This document shows positions 8,309 through 16,969 of a stretch of DNA of 64,000 bases, piece by piece. Origin of the DNA: an uncultured Bacteroidales bacterium (GTDB taxonomy: Bacteria > Bacteroidota > Bacteroidia > Bacteroidales > VadinHA17). The stretch covers positions 449,154 through 513,153 of the forward strand of contig CAVTDE010000003.1 in the NCBI GenBank assembly GCA_963733455.1. Reading direction: 5' to 3'. Positions within the stretch are counted from its first letter, which is position 1, and every line of letters starts with the position of its first letter. A model generated the notes under the pieces. The model was not told the DNA's origin. It ran no database searches and was given only the letters and a program-made list of their open reading frames with translations. Both the position numbers and the translations under genes were made by a program.

Positions 8309-9979
8309 ATGAATTCAGATATCGAAATTGCACAATCAGCTGAAATCAGGCCGATCGTTGAAATTGCTGAGAAACTTGGGATTAATCCTGAGGAGCTTGA
8401 ATTCTACGGCAAGTATAAAGCAAAAATTCCTCTATCCCTGATTGATGAAGAACGCGTTAAAAAAGGGAAACTAATACTTGTCACTGCGATTACACCTACA
8501 CCTGCCGGTGAAGGGAAAACGACAACCTCAATAGGCCTTGCACAGGCTCTAAACCGGATTGGCAAAAAAACTACTGTTGTTCTTCGAGAACCTTCTCTTG
8601 GTCCGGTTTTCGGAACTAAAGGTGGAGCTGCAGGTGGAGGATATTCACAGGTAATTCCAATGGAAGATATTAACCTTCATTTTACAGGAGATATGTCGGC
8701 TGTTGAAAAAGCTAATAACCTACTGGCAGCACTCATTGATAATAATATCCAATTGAGTGAGGGTAATCTCGGCATCGATCCTCGGACTATTAATTGGAAA
8801 AGGGTCATGGATATGAACGAAAGATCACTTCGCGATATCATTATTGGCCTTGGTGGCACTAGCCAGGGAGTGCCACGTGAATCAGGTTTTAATATCACTG
8901 CGGCATCTGAAGTGATGGCGATACTTTGTATCTCCAAAGATCTCATGGACCTAAAGAAAAGACTTGGAAACATCTTTGTAGGTTATACTTATGGGGGGAA
9001 ACCTGTTTTTGCCAGGGATCTTAAGGCACATGGAGCGATGGCTGCGCTTATGAAAGAGGCTATAAAGCCTAACCTGGTACAGACTCTTGAAGGCACTCCG
9101 GCTATTATTCATGGAGGTCCATTCGCGAACATAGCTCAGGGAACAAATTCTATCATTGCAACAAAAATGGGACTTACTTTCAGTGATTATGTTGTAACTG
9201 AAGCTGGTTTTGCAAGTGAACTTGGAGCTGAGAAATTCTTAAATATTAAGGCTCGGTTTGGTAATCTACATACAGACGCCGTTGTGATAGTCGCTACAAT
9301 ACGAGCTCTTAAATATCATGGAGGTCTGAAACTATCAGAAATACATAAAGAAGACCTTGCAGCGCTTAAAAATGGATTTGAAAACCTTGACAAACATATC
9401 GAGAATATGAGATATTATGGCTTCAATCCAGTTATTGCAATAAACAAATTTGATACGGATACTGAAGCAGAAATTGATCTGCTTAAGAAACATTGTGTTT
9501 CGCATAACGTTCTGGTTGATCTAAATGAATCATGGTCCAGGGGGGGAGACGGAGCTATTAATCTGGCAAATATGATGGTCAAAGAAGTGAAAAACTCTCC
9601 CGATATGTTAAAAACTCTTTATGATCTTGAATGGTCATTTGAAAAAAAAATTGAGGCCATTGCCACCAAAATGTATGGTGCTGATCATATCGAATATACT
9701 GTACTCGCCAAACAGCAGCTTAAAAAAATAGAAGAACTTGGTCTAGGTACCCTGGCAGTTTGCATTGCTAAAACGCAGAAATCTCTTTCAGATAACGAGC
9801 ATAAAAAAGGTTGTCCCAAGGGATTTACATTTAAAATCAGGGAAGTTGAACTTTCTTCTGGAGCGGGGTTTATAGTACCGATTGCCGGTACTATTATGCG
9901 AATGCCAGGTCTGCCATCGAACCCTTGTGCTGAAAAGATTGATGTCGATGAAAATGGTAAAATATCAGGACTATTCTAA
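8309..9979 (+). CDS. fhs: Formate--tetrahydrofolate ligase
   Basis: 556 aa with the hallmark motifs TPTPAGEGKTTTSIGL, GGAAGGGYSQV, EAGFA.ELGAEKF and MPGLP. Confidence 0.97.
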   Translation: MNSDIEIAQSAEIRPIVEIAEKLGINPEELEFYGKYKAKIPLSLIDEERVKKGKLILVTAITPTPAGEGKTTTSIGLAQALNRIGKKTTVVLREPSLGPVFGTKGGAAGGGYSQVIPMEDINLHFTGDMSAVEKANNLLAALIDNNIQLSEGNLGIDPRTINWKRVMDMNERSLRDIIIGLGGTSQGVPRESGFNITAASEVMAILCISKDLMDLKKRLGNIFVGYTYGGKPVFARDLKAHGAMAALMKEAIKPNLVQTLEGTPAIIHGGPFANIAQGTNSIIATKMGLTFSDYVVTEAGFASELGAEKFLNIKARFGNLHTDAVVIVATIRALKYHGGLKLSEIHKEDLAALKNGFENLDKHIENMRYYGFNPVIAINKFDTDTEAEIDLLKKHCVSHNVLVDLNESWSRGGDGAINLANMMVKEVKNSPDMLKTLYDLEWSFEKKIEAIATKMYGADHIEYTVLAKQQLKKIEELGLGTLAVCIAKTQKSLSDNEHKKGCPKGFTFKIREVELSSGAGFIVPIAGTIMRMPGLPSNPCAEKIDVDENGKISGLF

Positions 9980-10152
9980 AATATGATTTAGATCAATTCT
10001 TTGTGATCAAAGAAAGAAGGGTATCTTAAGGAGATACATTGGATGAGGAGAACACTGTAATAACTAGAGTTTTAACTTATCACATTTGAAATAAGCAAAT
10101 AACTCTTTAAATTTGTCATGTTAAACCATTTGTAAAAATCCCCCAAAATAAA

Positions 10153-11370
10153 ATGATAAGGAAAAGAATATTGCCATTTACTTTGATTCTGATTTGCTTA
10201 CTTATATCAATATATCTTATTAGTAGATATTTAATCCCCTCCTCTTTGAATTCTAACGACTCTGTCACATCAACGGTAGATTATGGTCCGGTTTTTACTT
10301 CAGTACCTGCCTCAGGGATAGTTAATCCTGAAAACGAAGTATTGTTACTTAGTCCATCATCAAGCCTGGTATCATCTCTTATCCAGTCTCCGGGAAATCG
10401 TGTATCCAAGGGGAGTGTAATTCTCACCCTTGATCCAAAATCGTTGATGCAGGAAATCGATAACCTAAAAAGCCAGTTGGGTGTAATGGAAAATGACATG
10501 CAGAAAAATAGACTTAATTCCAGGAGTATTCGAGTTGACCTTGATTATAATGCGGAAGTAAAAAAACTTAAAATTACCTCCCTTAAAACTCAAATCCAGG
10601 ATCAGGAACAACTTCTCAAAGTGGGAGGGATATCTCCTTCCCTTCATGAGCAAACCAAGGAAGAATTGGTTTTGGCTGAAAAAGACCTGAAAATGACACT
10701 TGAGAAGAATTCAATCCGTCTGAAACTACTTGAGGCAGATGAAAAGGGACTTCAGCTTCAGATCGATATGAGAAACAAAGAGTTGGAATTAAAACAGGAT
10801 TTGTTGCAGAGATTGACAGTGAGAGCAGCTTCCGATGGTATAATCCTCGGGATATTTACCAGTGTAGGGGAGAAGGTGGAAAAGGATAAATTGCTTGTCA
10901 AAATGTCTGATCTGTCAACTTTCAAAGTCAAAGCCACTGTTGATAACTCCTACATTGACAACATAAAGATAGGTGGTGAAGTTTATGCAATAATAGATAG
11001 TACAAGTTTGAAAGGTAAAATTGGAAGTGTGACTCCTGTTATGAAAGACAAGAAAATAGAATTTGATATATTTCTCGACCACAGCTATAGTCAGAGACTG
11101 ATTCCCAATATGGAGGTCGATCTGGAGATTGTAATTCAACGGAAGGACAGCGTATTACGGGTTAAACATGGTCCGGCATTTAATAAGAACAAGTACCAGG
11201 ATCTTTTTGTAATAGGAACTGATAAGGCTGTTAGGGAAACAGTGACCACCGGACTCATCGGGACGGAATATGTTGAAATAGTTGCCGGATTGGCTCCGGG
11301 TGACCGAGTTATCATATCAGATATTCCACGATCGAGGCATAACCGGGAAATTGTATTGGAAGATTTTTAA
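10153..11370 (+). CDS. HlyD-family periplasmic adaptor (membrane fusion protein)
   Basis: 405 aa with one N-terminal TM segment, a long coiled-coil region (LKSQL...LELKQDLLQRL) and barrel-sandwich/beta-barrel C-terminal segments typical of MFPs. Confidence 0.8.
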   Translation: MIRKRILPFTLILICLLISIYLISRYLIPSSLNSNDSVTSTVDYGPVFTSVPASGIVNPENEVLLLSPSSSLVSSLIQSPGNRVSKGSVILTLDPKSLMQEIDNLKSQLGVMENDMQKNRLNSRSIRVDLDYNAEVKKLKITSLKTQIQDQEQLLKVGGISPSLHEQTKEELVLAEKDLKMTLEKNSIRLKLLEADEKGLQLQIDMRNKELELKQDLLQRLTVRAASDGIILGIFTSVGEKVEKDKLLVKMSDLSTFKVKATVDNSYIDNIKIGGEVYAIIDSTSLKGKIGSVTPVMKDKKIEFDIFLDHSYSQRLIPNMEVDLEIVIQRKDSVLRVKHGPAFNKNKYQDLFVIGTDKAVRETVTTGLIGTEYVEIVAGLAPGDRVIISDIPRSRHNREIVLEDF

Positions 11371-11383
11371 ATTGTGGGTTGTT

Positions 11384-12882
11384 ATGAAAACACTGGTAAG
11401 GCATTTTGTTCTTCTTCTCTTTTTAATATGCCGGGTTGATTCTTTATCAGGTTTTTCAGACGACAGCATTGTTGTATCACTCAATCTAAGGAATGTCATT
11501 GATCTCGCCATCCGACAGTCAGCCTCAGTTAAATATGCTCAAAATACAAATGTGAACTACTTCTGGCGGTGGAAAAACTTTAGAACCAGCTTCAGGCCCC
11601 AGCTTGACGCTCAAAGGTGACCTGCCAAATTATATTCATACAACTACACCGGTCGTACAGCCTGACGGCAGTGTTGAATTCAGAAAAATATCCCAGGTAA
11701 AAGCGTCCTCTGAGATTTCCCTGAGTCAGTCCATTCCCAATACAGGGACTTATATTTATGCGGCAACCAATCTTTACCGGATTCAGGATTTTATCAAAAG
11801 TTCGGTGGAATATTCCGGAAGTCCTTTCCAGATTGGTTTATATCAGCCTGTTTTTGCATACAATTATATGAAATGGCAAAAGAAGACCGAACCTCTTGAT
11901 CTATGAAGAATCTCAAAAACAATTTGTTGAATCGATCGAGCGGATTGCCCTGCAAGCTACCAGTTACTTCTTTAGGTATTTGCAGATCCAGACGAATTAT
12001 AACCTGGCAGAAAACAATCTGAAAAACAGTGATAATAATCTTAAAATTGCGGAAATCAGGAAACAGCTCGGTAAGATATCTGATAATGATTATTCACGAA
12101 TCCAGCTTTCTGTTTTCAATGCACAGAAATCTCTTAACAAAGCCAGGATTGACCTGAAAAATGCCGATTTTGAATTGAAATCCTTTATTAATCTTGACCA
12201 GAATCTGAAAATAGAGCTTGTCATTCCTCTTGATATGATTTTCTTTTCTATTGACCCAGAAAAGGCTCTTAAGGAGGCAAAGGCGAACCGGAAGGAAACA
12301 CCTTATTTTAGGAGAAGACTTATTGAAGCTGACAGAGACTTAGTAAGAGCCAAAAGAAATTCAGGACTCAGTGCTACGTTAATTGGCAGTTATGGCATTT
12401 CAAACAGCGCCGGAACGTTCGGTGGCATTTATGATCAACCTGAAAAACAAAGGGCGATCAACCTTACCATGAGTATACCCATACTCGATTGGGGTCGGTC
12501 CGCCTCAGCAGTAAAAATAGCTGAATCACAACGAGAGCTTGTTGTTTATGATGTAGAAAAAGGCAATAAAGATTTTGAGCGGGGAGTTATTGTAGAAGTG
12601 GAACAGTTTGGTCTGCTTCGTGATCAAATTAACACAGCACGGGAAGCCGATAAAGTGGCTGAAAACGGCTATCTGATAGCGCTGAAGAAGTTTCAAAGTG
12701 GTGAAATTATTATTACAGACCTGAATATTTCTCTTTCTGAACGGGAAAGCGCCAAAAGAGACTACATCACCGCCATTGAGAATTACTGGGAATCCTATTA
12801 CCAGTTAAGAATTCTGACCTTATATGATTTCGAACTAGATCAGAAAATCATGTATGAAAACCTGATGCTGAAGTCAAAATAG
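11384..12882 (+). pseudogene. TolC-family outer membrane efflux protein, split over three frames by two +1 frameshifts
   Basis: Signal peptide MKTLVRHFVLLLFLI at ATG 11384. TolC-like repeats continue across ORFs 11282-11620, 11604-11906 and 11896-12882. The first shift is best explained by the C4 run at 11597-11600 (gives ...FRPSLTLKGDLPNY). The second lies within 11872-11903. Confidence 0.8.
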
Positions 12883-12904
12883 ATTTTTGCCCATTTAAGA
12901 CTAT

Positions 12905-13345
12905 AACCTTTATCAAGGATCGATGTCAATAACTAAGAATGATGTAAATCTGAGTATTGCTGGCCTTAAACCTCTGCTGGGAATAATACTTGAACTTTGC
13001 CAACCTGTAACCCTAAAGACGCACCGTTATATCTCTCTATCGCAATGTCTGTCTTGTAATGCATCTTCCTTTGAGATCTTTCTCTATTTTAGGGAAAAGA
13101 GCCTCAAGCATTTTGTATTTTTCCCCTGATTCTGGCAGCAGATACCCACAAAGGGATAGTCAAGGTGATGGTCGCTAAGCGCATTAATATCCTACTGTGC
13201 CAGCCCAAAATGCTGGTATATTCTAAGGTATTTTTTAAGGTGTTGTGCGACATACTCGTTAACTCACTGATCTTTAATTTTTTCTCTGAGAATAGAGTCT
13301 TAGAATATGTCTTAACTTACTCATGTTCATCTTATTATTGGCCAT
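12905..13345 (-). mobile_element. Decayed 5' fragment of an IS21-family transposase gene (istA N-terminal HTH region)
   Basis: The minus strand from ATG 13345 reads MANNKMNMSKLRHILRLYSQRK(N*), and after frameshifts LKISELTSMSHNTLKKYLRIYQHFGLAQ*DINALSDHHLD...LFPKIEKDLKGRCITRQTL...GYRLAKFKYYSQQ. This matches the conserved IstA N-terminus. It has several frameshifts, an in-frame TAG, and truncation after about 150 codons. Possible terminal repeats (tcaatttg x2) lie at 13424-13455. Confidence 0.65.
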
Positions 13346-13490
13346 AATCCCGCTGTTGGTAATTGGAAAAACAGCAAAAATCATGGCTTACTTTTTAACA
13401 TGAGAATCGCAATTCTGGGGTGGTCAATTTGTTCGGGTGTCAGGTTTTCAATTTGACCGTATAGCAAATGTTTCTTAAATGTTTCTTATT

Positions 13491-13529
13491 TAAAATAAAA
13501 AAGCCTGTAAGTTATTGTTTTACAGGCTT
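13491..13529 (-). terminator. Rho-independent terminator downstream of tRNA-Met
   Basis: 10-bp perfect stem aagcctgtaa (13501-13510) / ttacaggctt (13520-13529) with a 9-nt loop. On the minus strand it is followed by TTTTTATTTTA. Confidence 0.7.
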
Positions 13530-13545
13530 CATCATTTCTGTTTTG

Positions 13546-13617
<72 letters not shown>

Positions 13618-13628
13618 ATATTGAGGTG

Positions 13629-13636
13629 CAAAGTTA
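13629..13636 (-). promoter_or_regulatory. Candidate -7 box TAACTTTG for the tRNA-Met gene
   Basis: Minus strand reads cTTTTGgtttttgaagttgaagtatTAACTTTGcacctcaatat followed directly by the tRNA 5' end. TAnnTTTG with a TTTG 19 nt upstream fits the Bacteroides -33/-7 promoter layout. Confidence 0.5.
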
Positions 13637-13794
13637 ATACTTCAACTTCAAAAACCAAAAGAAACTATCATTTTTTTGTACTAATATAATTTTGTCAACA
13701 TTTTGATGTCTTGTGAAAGTGTCGGGGTTTCTGTAAATTTACTCATTATTTTTAGGAATGTTGCCAGTCGGAAGAAATTATATGGTGAAAAGAA

Positions 13795-13815
13795 GTTGGC
13801 AGTTGGCAGTTGGCA
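13795..13815. repeat. Tandem heptamer GTTGGCA x3
   Basis: gttggcagttggcagttggca, 47 bp upstream of the four-helix-bundle gene. It is the exact reverse complement of the TGCCAAC units downstream of that gene. Confidence 0.95.
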
Positions 13816-13862
13816 AAAAATTAGCTTGGTAAAAGTGCAATTAAATAAACAAGGATTGGAAA

Positions 13863-14243
13863 ATGCAAGGTAGTTTCAGGGATTTAACTGTTTACAAGAA
13901 AGCATTTGCATTTGCCATGAGGATATTTGAAATTACAAAAAAATTTCCTCACGAGGAGAAATTTGAACTGACTGATCAGATAAGGAGATCTTCACGGTCC
14001 GTATGCCGGGCAATTGGTGAGGGCTACAGGAAACGACAATATCCAAGGCATTTTTCGGCTAAAATAAGTGATGCCGATATGGAGAATACCGAAACACAGG
14101 TTTCCCTTGATTTCGCAGAATGTTGTAAATTCATTTCCGCCGAAGAGTATAAGGAACTTATTATTGAATCTGAAGAAGTGGGTCGTATGCTAAATCATAT
14201 GATTGAAAATCCTGAAAAATACCGTCCGAGAAACCAAATCTAA
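13863..14243 (+). CDS. Four-helix-bundle protein (23S rRNA intervening-sequence protein / Avd-like family)
   Basis: 126 aa. F.DL.VYKKA..FAMRIFEITKKFPHEEKFELTDQIRRSSRSVCRAIGEGY is the family signature of the IVS/S23-like four-helix-bundle proteins. Confidence 0.85.
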   Translation: MQGSFRDLTVYKKAFAFAMRIFEITKKFPHEEKFELTDQIRRSSRSVCRAIGEGYRKRQYPRHFSAKISDADMENTETQVSLDFAECCKFISAEEYKELIIESEEVGRMLNHMIENPEKYRPRNQI

Positions 14244-14252
14244 CCAGCTTTT

Positions 14253-14389
14253 TGCCAACCGCCTATGCCAACTACTGTTTGCCAACTACTTATTGCCAAC
14301 TGCCTTTTGCCAACGGCTTATTGCCAACTGCTTATTGCCAACTGTTTATTGCCAACTGTTTTGCCAACTGCCTTATGCCAACTGCCAAC
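14253..14389. repeat. Array of 11 TGCCAAC heptamers, mostly at 14-bp spacing (degenerate 14-mer minisatellite)
   Basis: TGCCAAC starts at 14253, 14266, 14280, 14294, 14308, 14322, 14336, 14350, 14362, 14376 and 14383. The last 14 nt (TGCCAACTGCCAAC) are perfectly complementary to part of 13795-13815. Confidence 0.95.
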
Positions 14390-14450
14390 TTCACCATAAA
14401 ACCGCAACCAGATCTATTATCTGCAGTTTAATCATTAACATCAAAGCGCC

Positions 14451-14834
14451 ATGCCCAGAGTCTTCAAAGCTACCGATATCGAAAACGAGGAAAAAGAAAT
14501 TAAACGCGACTATCTCGACAGGCACATGCCTCATGTCATTTGCCCCGACCAGGTAAACCGCGGTGAGAAATTTGCTGTAAAGGTAAGGCTGGGTGATGAA
14601 TATCCTCACCCCGATGATCACGATCACTTCATAACTATTATCCAGTTGTGGAACAGGGAGACGTTACTTGCAGAAGCACGCTACTCAGCCGGCGCCTATG
14701 GGAACCAATCATCTCACGTTGAGATAGATTTCTACATCGTAGCTCCGGATGTATCGATGAACCTATCTGCGATGTCGGTCTGCTCAAAACACGGTCTGTG
14801 GCAAAGCGAAGATAAGGCTGTAAAAATTGTTTAG
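14451..14834 (+). CDS. Superoxide reductase-like protein (desulfoferrodoxin ferrous-iron-binding domain, 1Fe-SOR/neelaredoxin type)
   Basis: 127 aa with a candidate ligand pattern H (DRHMPHV), H-x5-H (HPDDHDH) and C-x2-H (CSKHGLW) with the typical spacing. Confidence 0.7.
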   Translation: MPRVFKATDIENEEKEIKRDYLDRHMPHVICPDQVNRGEKFAVKVRLGDEYPHPDDHDHFITIIQLWNRETLLAEARYSAGAYGNQSSHVEIDFYIVAPDVSMNLSAMSVCSKHGLWQSEDKAVKIV

Positions 14835-14892
14835 TTGACTTACCATTTTACTCATTTTAACCCGGATCATTATCTGATTGCCGGAGGATTGT

Positions 14893-14900
14893 TATCTTTG
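14893..14900 (+). promoter_or_regulatory. Candidate -7 box TATCTTTG upstream of the M23 peptidase gene
   Basis: TAnnTTTG match 20 bp upstream of ATG 14921. Confidence 0.35.
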
Positions 14901-14920
14901 CTGGCCATATATTTACAGAT

Positions 14921-15784
14921 ATGCCTAAGAACGATAAGAAAAAACAAAGCTGGCGCGATAAATACAGATTTGCCGTAAGCAACGACAAAACTTTTGAAGA
15001 GATCTGGCGGATCAGACTTACGAAATATAATGCTTTTCTCGTTTTTACATCCCTTGTGTTTTTTATTATCGGAGCTACAACATTGCTTATAGCTTTTACT
15101 AACTTAAGGGAATTTATTCCGGGATATCCCGATGTTACGATGCGCCGTAATATTCTCCTGAGCGCTATTCGTCTTGATTCCCTTGAACGTGAACTTGGTC
15201 TCAGGGATAAGTACTTCTATAACCTCAACGGAATTATTGCCGGGAAACAACCCGCCAGTGATTATGCCGGTCTTGACACTGCAAAGAATTATAAATACAT
15301 AAATTTCACCAGTTCCACTGAAGATTCTGCTTTGAGATCGCAGGTGGAAAAAGAGGACAGGTATAACCTTTCACTGGGCTCCTCTGCTACTGAAACAGTG
15401 ACAAACCTGGCAGGACTTCACTTCTTTCCGCCTGTCAAGGGAATAGTCTCAGGGAAATTCGAACCGCGAACTAAACACTTTGGAACTGACCTGGTGACGA
15501 AACCGAAATCGCCCGTAAATGCCGCGCTGGACGGAACTGTGATTTTTACAGGATGGACGATGGAGACAGGCTATGTTATCGAGGTTCAGCATTCAAATAA
15601 CATTGTCTCGGTTTATAAGCATAATTCAAGCCTTCTGAAGGAGACCGGCGATATTGTGCGTACAGGCGAAGCAATTGCTATCGTTGGTGATTCGGGCGAG
15701 ATGTACACATCAGGACCCCACCTCCATTTCGAGATCTGGTACAAGGGAAGTCCTCTGGACCCTGAAAAACATATTATTTTCTAA
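14921..15784 (+). CDS. M23-family metallopeptidase (peptidoglycan endopeptidase) with an N-terminal membrane anchor
   Basis: 287 aa with one TM helix and C-terminal LytM/M23 motifs (HFGTDL..., GDSGEMYTSGPHLHFEIW). Confidence 0.88.
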   Translation: MPKNDKKKQSWRDKYRFAVSNDKTFEEIWRIRLTKYNAFLVFTSLVFFIIGATTLLIAFTNLREFIPGYPDVTMRRNILLSAIRLDSLERELGLRDKYFYNLNGIIAGKQPASDYAGLDTAKNYKYINFTSSTEDSALRSQVEKEDRYNLSLGSSATETVTNLAGLHFFPPVKGIVSGKFEPRTKHFGTDLVTKPKSPVNAALDGTVIFTGWTMETGYVIEVQHSNNIVSVYKHNSSLLKETGDIVRTGEAIAIVGDSGEMYTSGPHLHFEIWYKGSPLDPEKHIIF

Positions 15785-15799
15785 AACCGGAACACCCGT

Positions 15800-16969
15800 A
15801 TGCCAAAAAAAATTGCATTGTTGGGATCTACCGGATCAATAGGCACACAGACTCTTGATGTAATTTCAAGGTTTCCCGGTGAATTTAAGGTGGAAGTCCT
15901 GACAGCCGGAAATAATATAAAACTTCTGGCACAACAGGCAAAAAAATTTCTTCCCGATTCGGTCATAATCGCAAACAAATCTCATTACCTGCAGCTTAAA
16001 GAGGCTCTTAAGGATATTCCCGTCAGGGTTGCAGCTGGGAACGATGCAATAGAACAGATAGTTGCCGGATCAAACATCGACCTTGTCGTTGCTGCAATGG
16101 TTGGTTATTCGGGTCTGAAGCCCACGGTGGCTGCGATCAGGGCCGGGAAAACAATAGCCCTTGCAAATAAGGAGACGCTTGTAGTAGCCGGCGAAATAAT
16201 CAAAAAACTTGTGAAAGAGTCAGGCAGCCGTATTATCCCGGTCGATTCCGAGCACTCTGCAATATTCCAGTGCCTTTCAGGGGAAGCTGGAAATCCGATA
16301 GAAAAAATTACACTCACAGCTTCGGGCGGACCTTTCATTAATTTTACGGCGGAGATGCTTCAAAACGTAAAACCTCATGAAGCTCTTAAACATCCGAATT
16401 GGGAAATGGGGAATAAGGTCACTATCGATTCTGCCTCTTTAATGAATAAGGGGCTTGAAGTAATTGAAGCAAAATGGCTGTTCGATCTTAAACCCGATCA
16501 GATAAAAGTTATCATTCATCCCCAGTCGATAGTTCATTCTTTGGTTCATTTCGCCGATGGATCGATAAAAGCACAGTTGGGAATGCCCGATATGAGGGTA
16601 CCGATACTTTATGCCCTTTCGTGGCCCGACAGGTACCCTTCGGATCTTCCAAAGCTGAACCTGAGTCTCTGCCAGTCACTTACGTTTTCGGATCCCGATT
16701 TTACCAGGTTCCGCAACCTTTCGCTTGCATATTATGCCCTGAAACAGGGCGGGAATATGCCTTGTATTATGAACGCCGCCAATGAGGTAGCCGTGAATGC
16801 TTTTCTCGGAGGTAAGATCGGCTTTATGCAGATGTCTGACCTGGTGGAGCATACTATGGAAAAATCAGAGTATTTTTTGTCGCCCGGACTCGGTTTCCTG
16901 GAGACGTCTGATATTAAAGCAAGAGAAATCGCTCAAAACTATATAAACGAACTTCTAAAGAAATCATGA
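15800..16969 (+). CDS. dxr: 1-deoxy-D-xylulose 5-phosphate reductoisomerase
   Basis: 389 aa with LGSTGSIGTQTLDV, LANKETLV, PVDSEHSAIFQCL and HPNW.MG.K.TIDSA motifs. Confidence 0.97.
   Translation: MPKKIALLGSTGSIGTQTLDVISRFPGEFKVEVLTAGNNIKLLAQQAKKFLPDSVIIANKSHYLQLKEALKDIPVRVAAGNDAIEQIVAGSNIDLVVAAMVGYSGLKPTVAAIRAGKTIALANKETLVVAGEIIKKLVKESGSRIIPVDSEHSAIFQCLSGEAGNPIEKITLTASGGPFINFTAEMLQNVKPHEALKHPNWEMGNKVTIDSASLMNKGLEVIEAKWLFDLKPDQIKVIIHPQSIVHSLVHFADGSIKAQLGMPDMRVPILYALSWPDRYPSDLPKLNLSLCQSLTFSDPDFTRFRNLSLAYYALKQGGNMPCIMNAANEVAVNAFLGGKIGFMQMSDLVEHTMEKSEYFLSPGLGFLETSDIKAREIAQNYINELLKKS

Noticed and set aside
11384-12882. Programmed +1 frameshifting or phase variation in the TolC gene
   Set aside because: The same kind of +1 event occurs in unrelated housekeeping genes (rseP, amylase, transporter) at very short runs (3-4 nt). 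That is too short for slipped-strand phase variation, and no frameshift-stimulating context is visible. A technical error is more parsimonious.
13795-13815. Sigma-54 promoter within TTGGCA repeats
   Set aside because: The TGGCA units recur every 7 nt. The required GG-N10-GC (-24/-12) spacing with a TTGC element is not met in any register.
13863-14243. Diversity-generating retroelement (the four-helix-bundle protein as Avd)
   Set aside because: No reverse transcriptase gene, no template/variable repeat pair and no target gene with a C-type-lectin fold lie within several kb. Only the accessory-like gene is present.
14253-14389. Possible CRISPR array (regularly spaced repeats)
   Set aside because: The repeat unit is only 7 nt with 5-7 nt 'spacers' that are themselves near-identical (ctgcttat-type). 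This is a degenerate 14-bp minisatellite. There are no cas genes and no unique spacers.
14203-14556. 117-aa plus-strand ORF over the TGCCAAC array
   Set aside because: Its translation (LFANRLCQLLFANYLLPTAFCQRLIANCLLPT...) is the repeat read in frame. It overlaps the ends of two supported genes.
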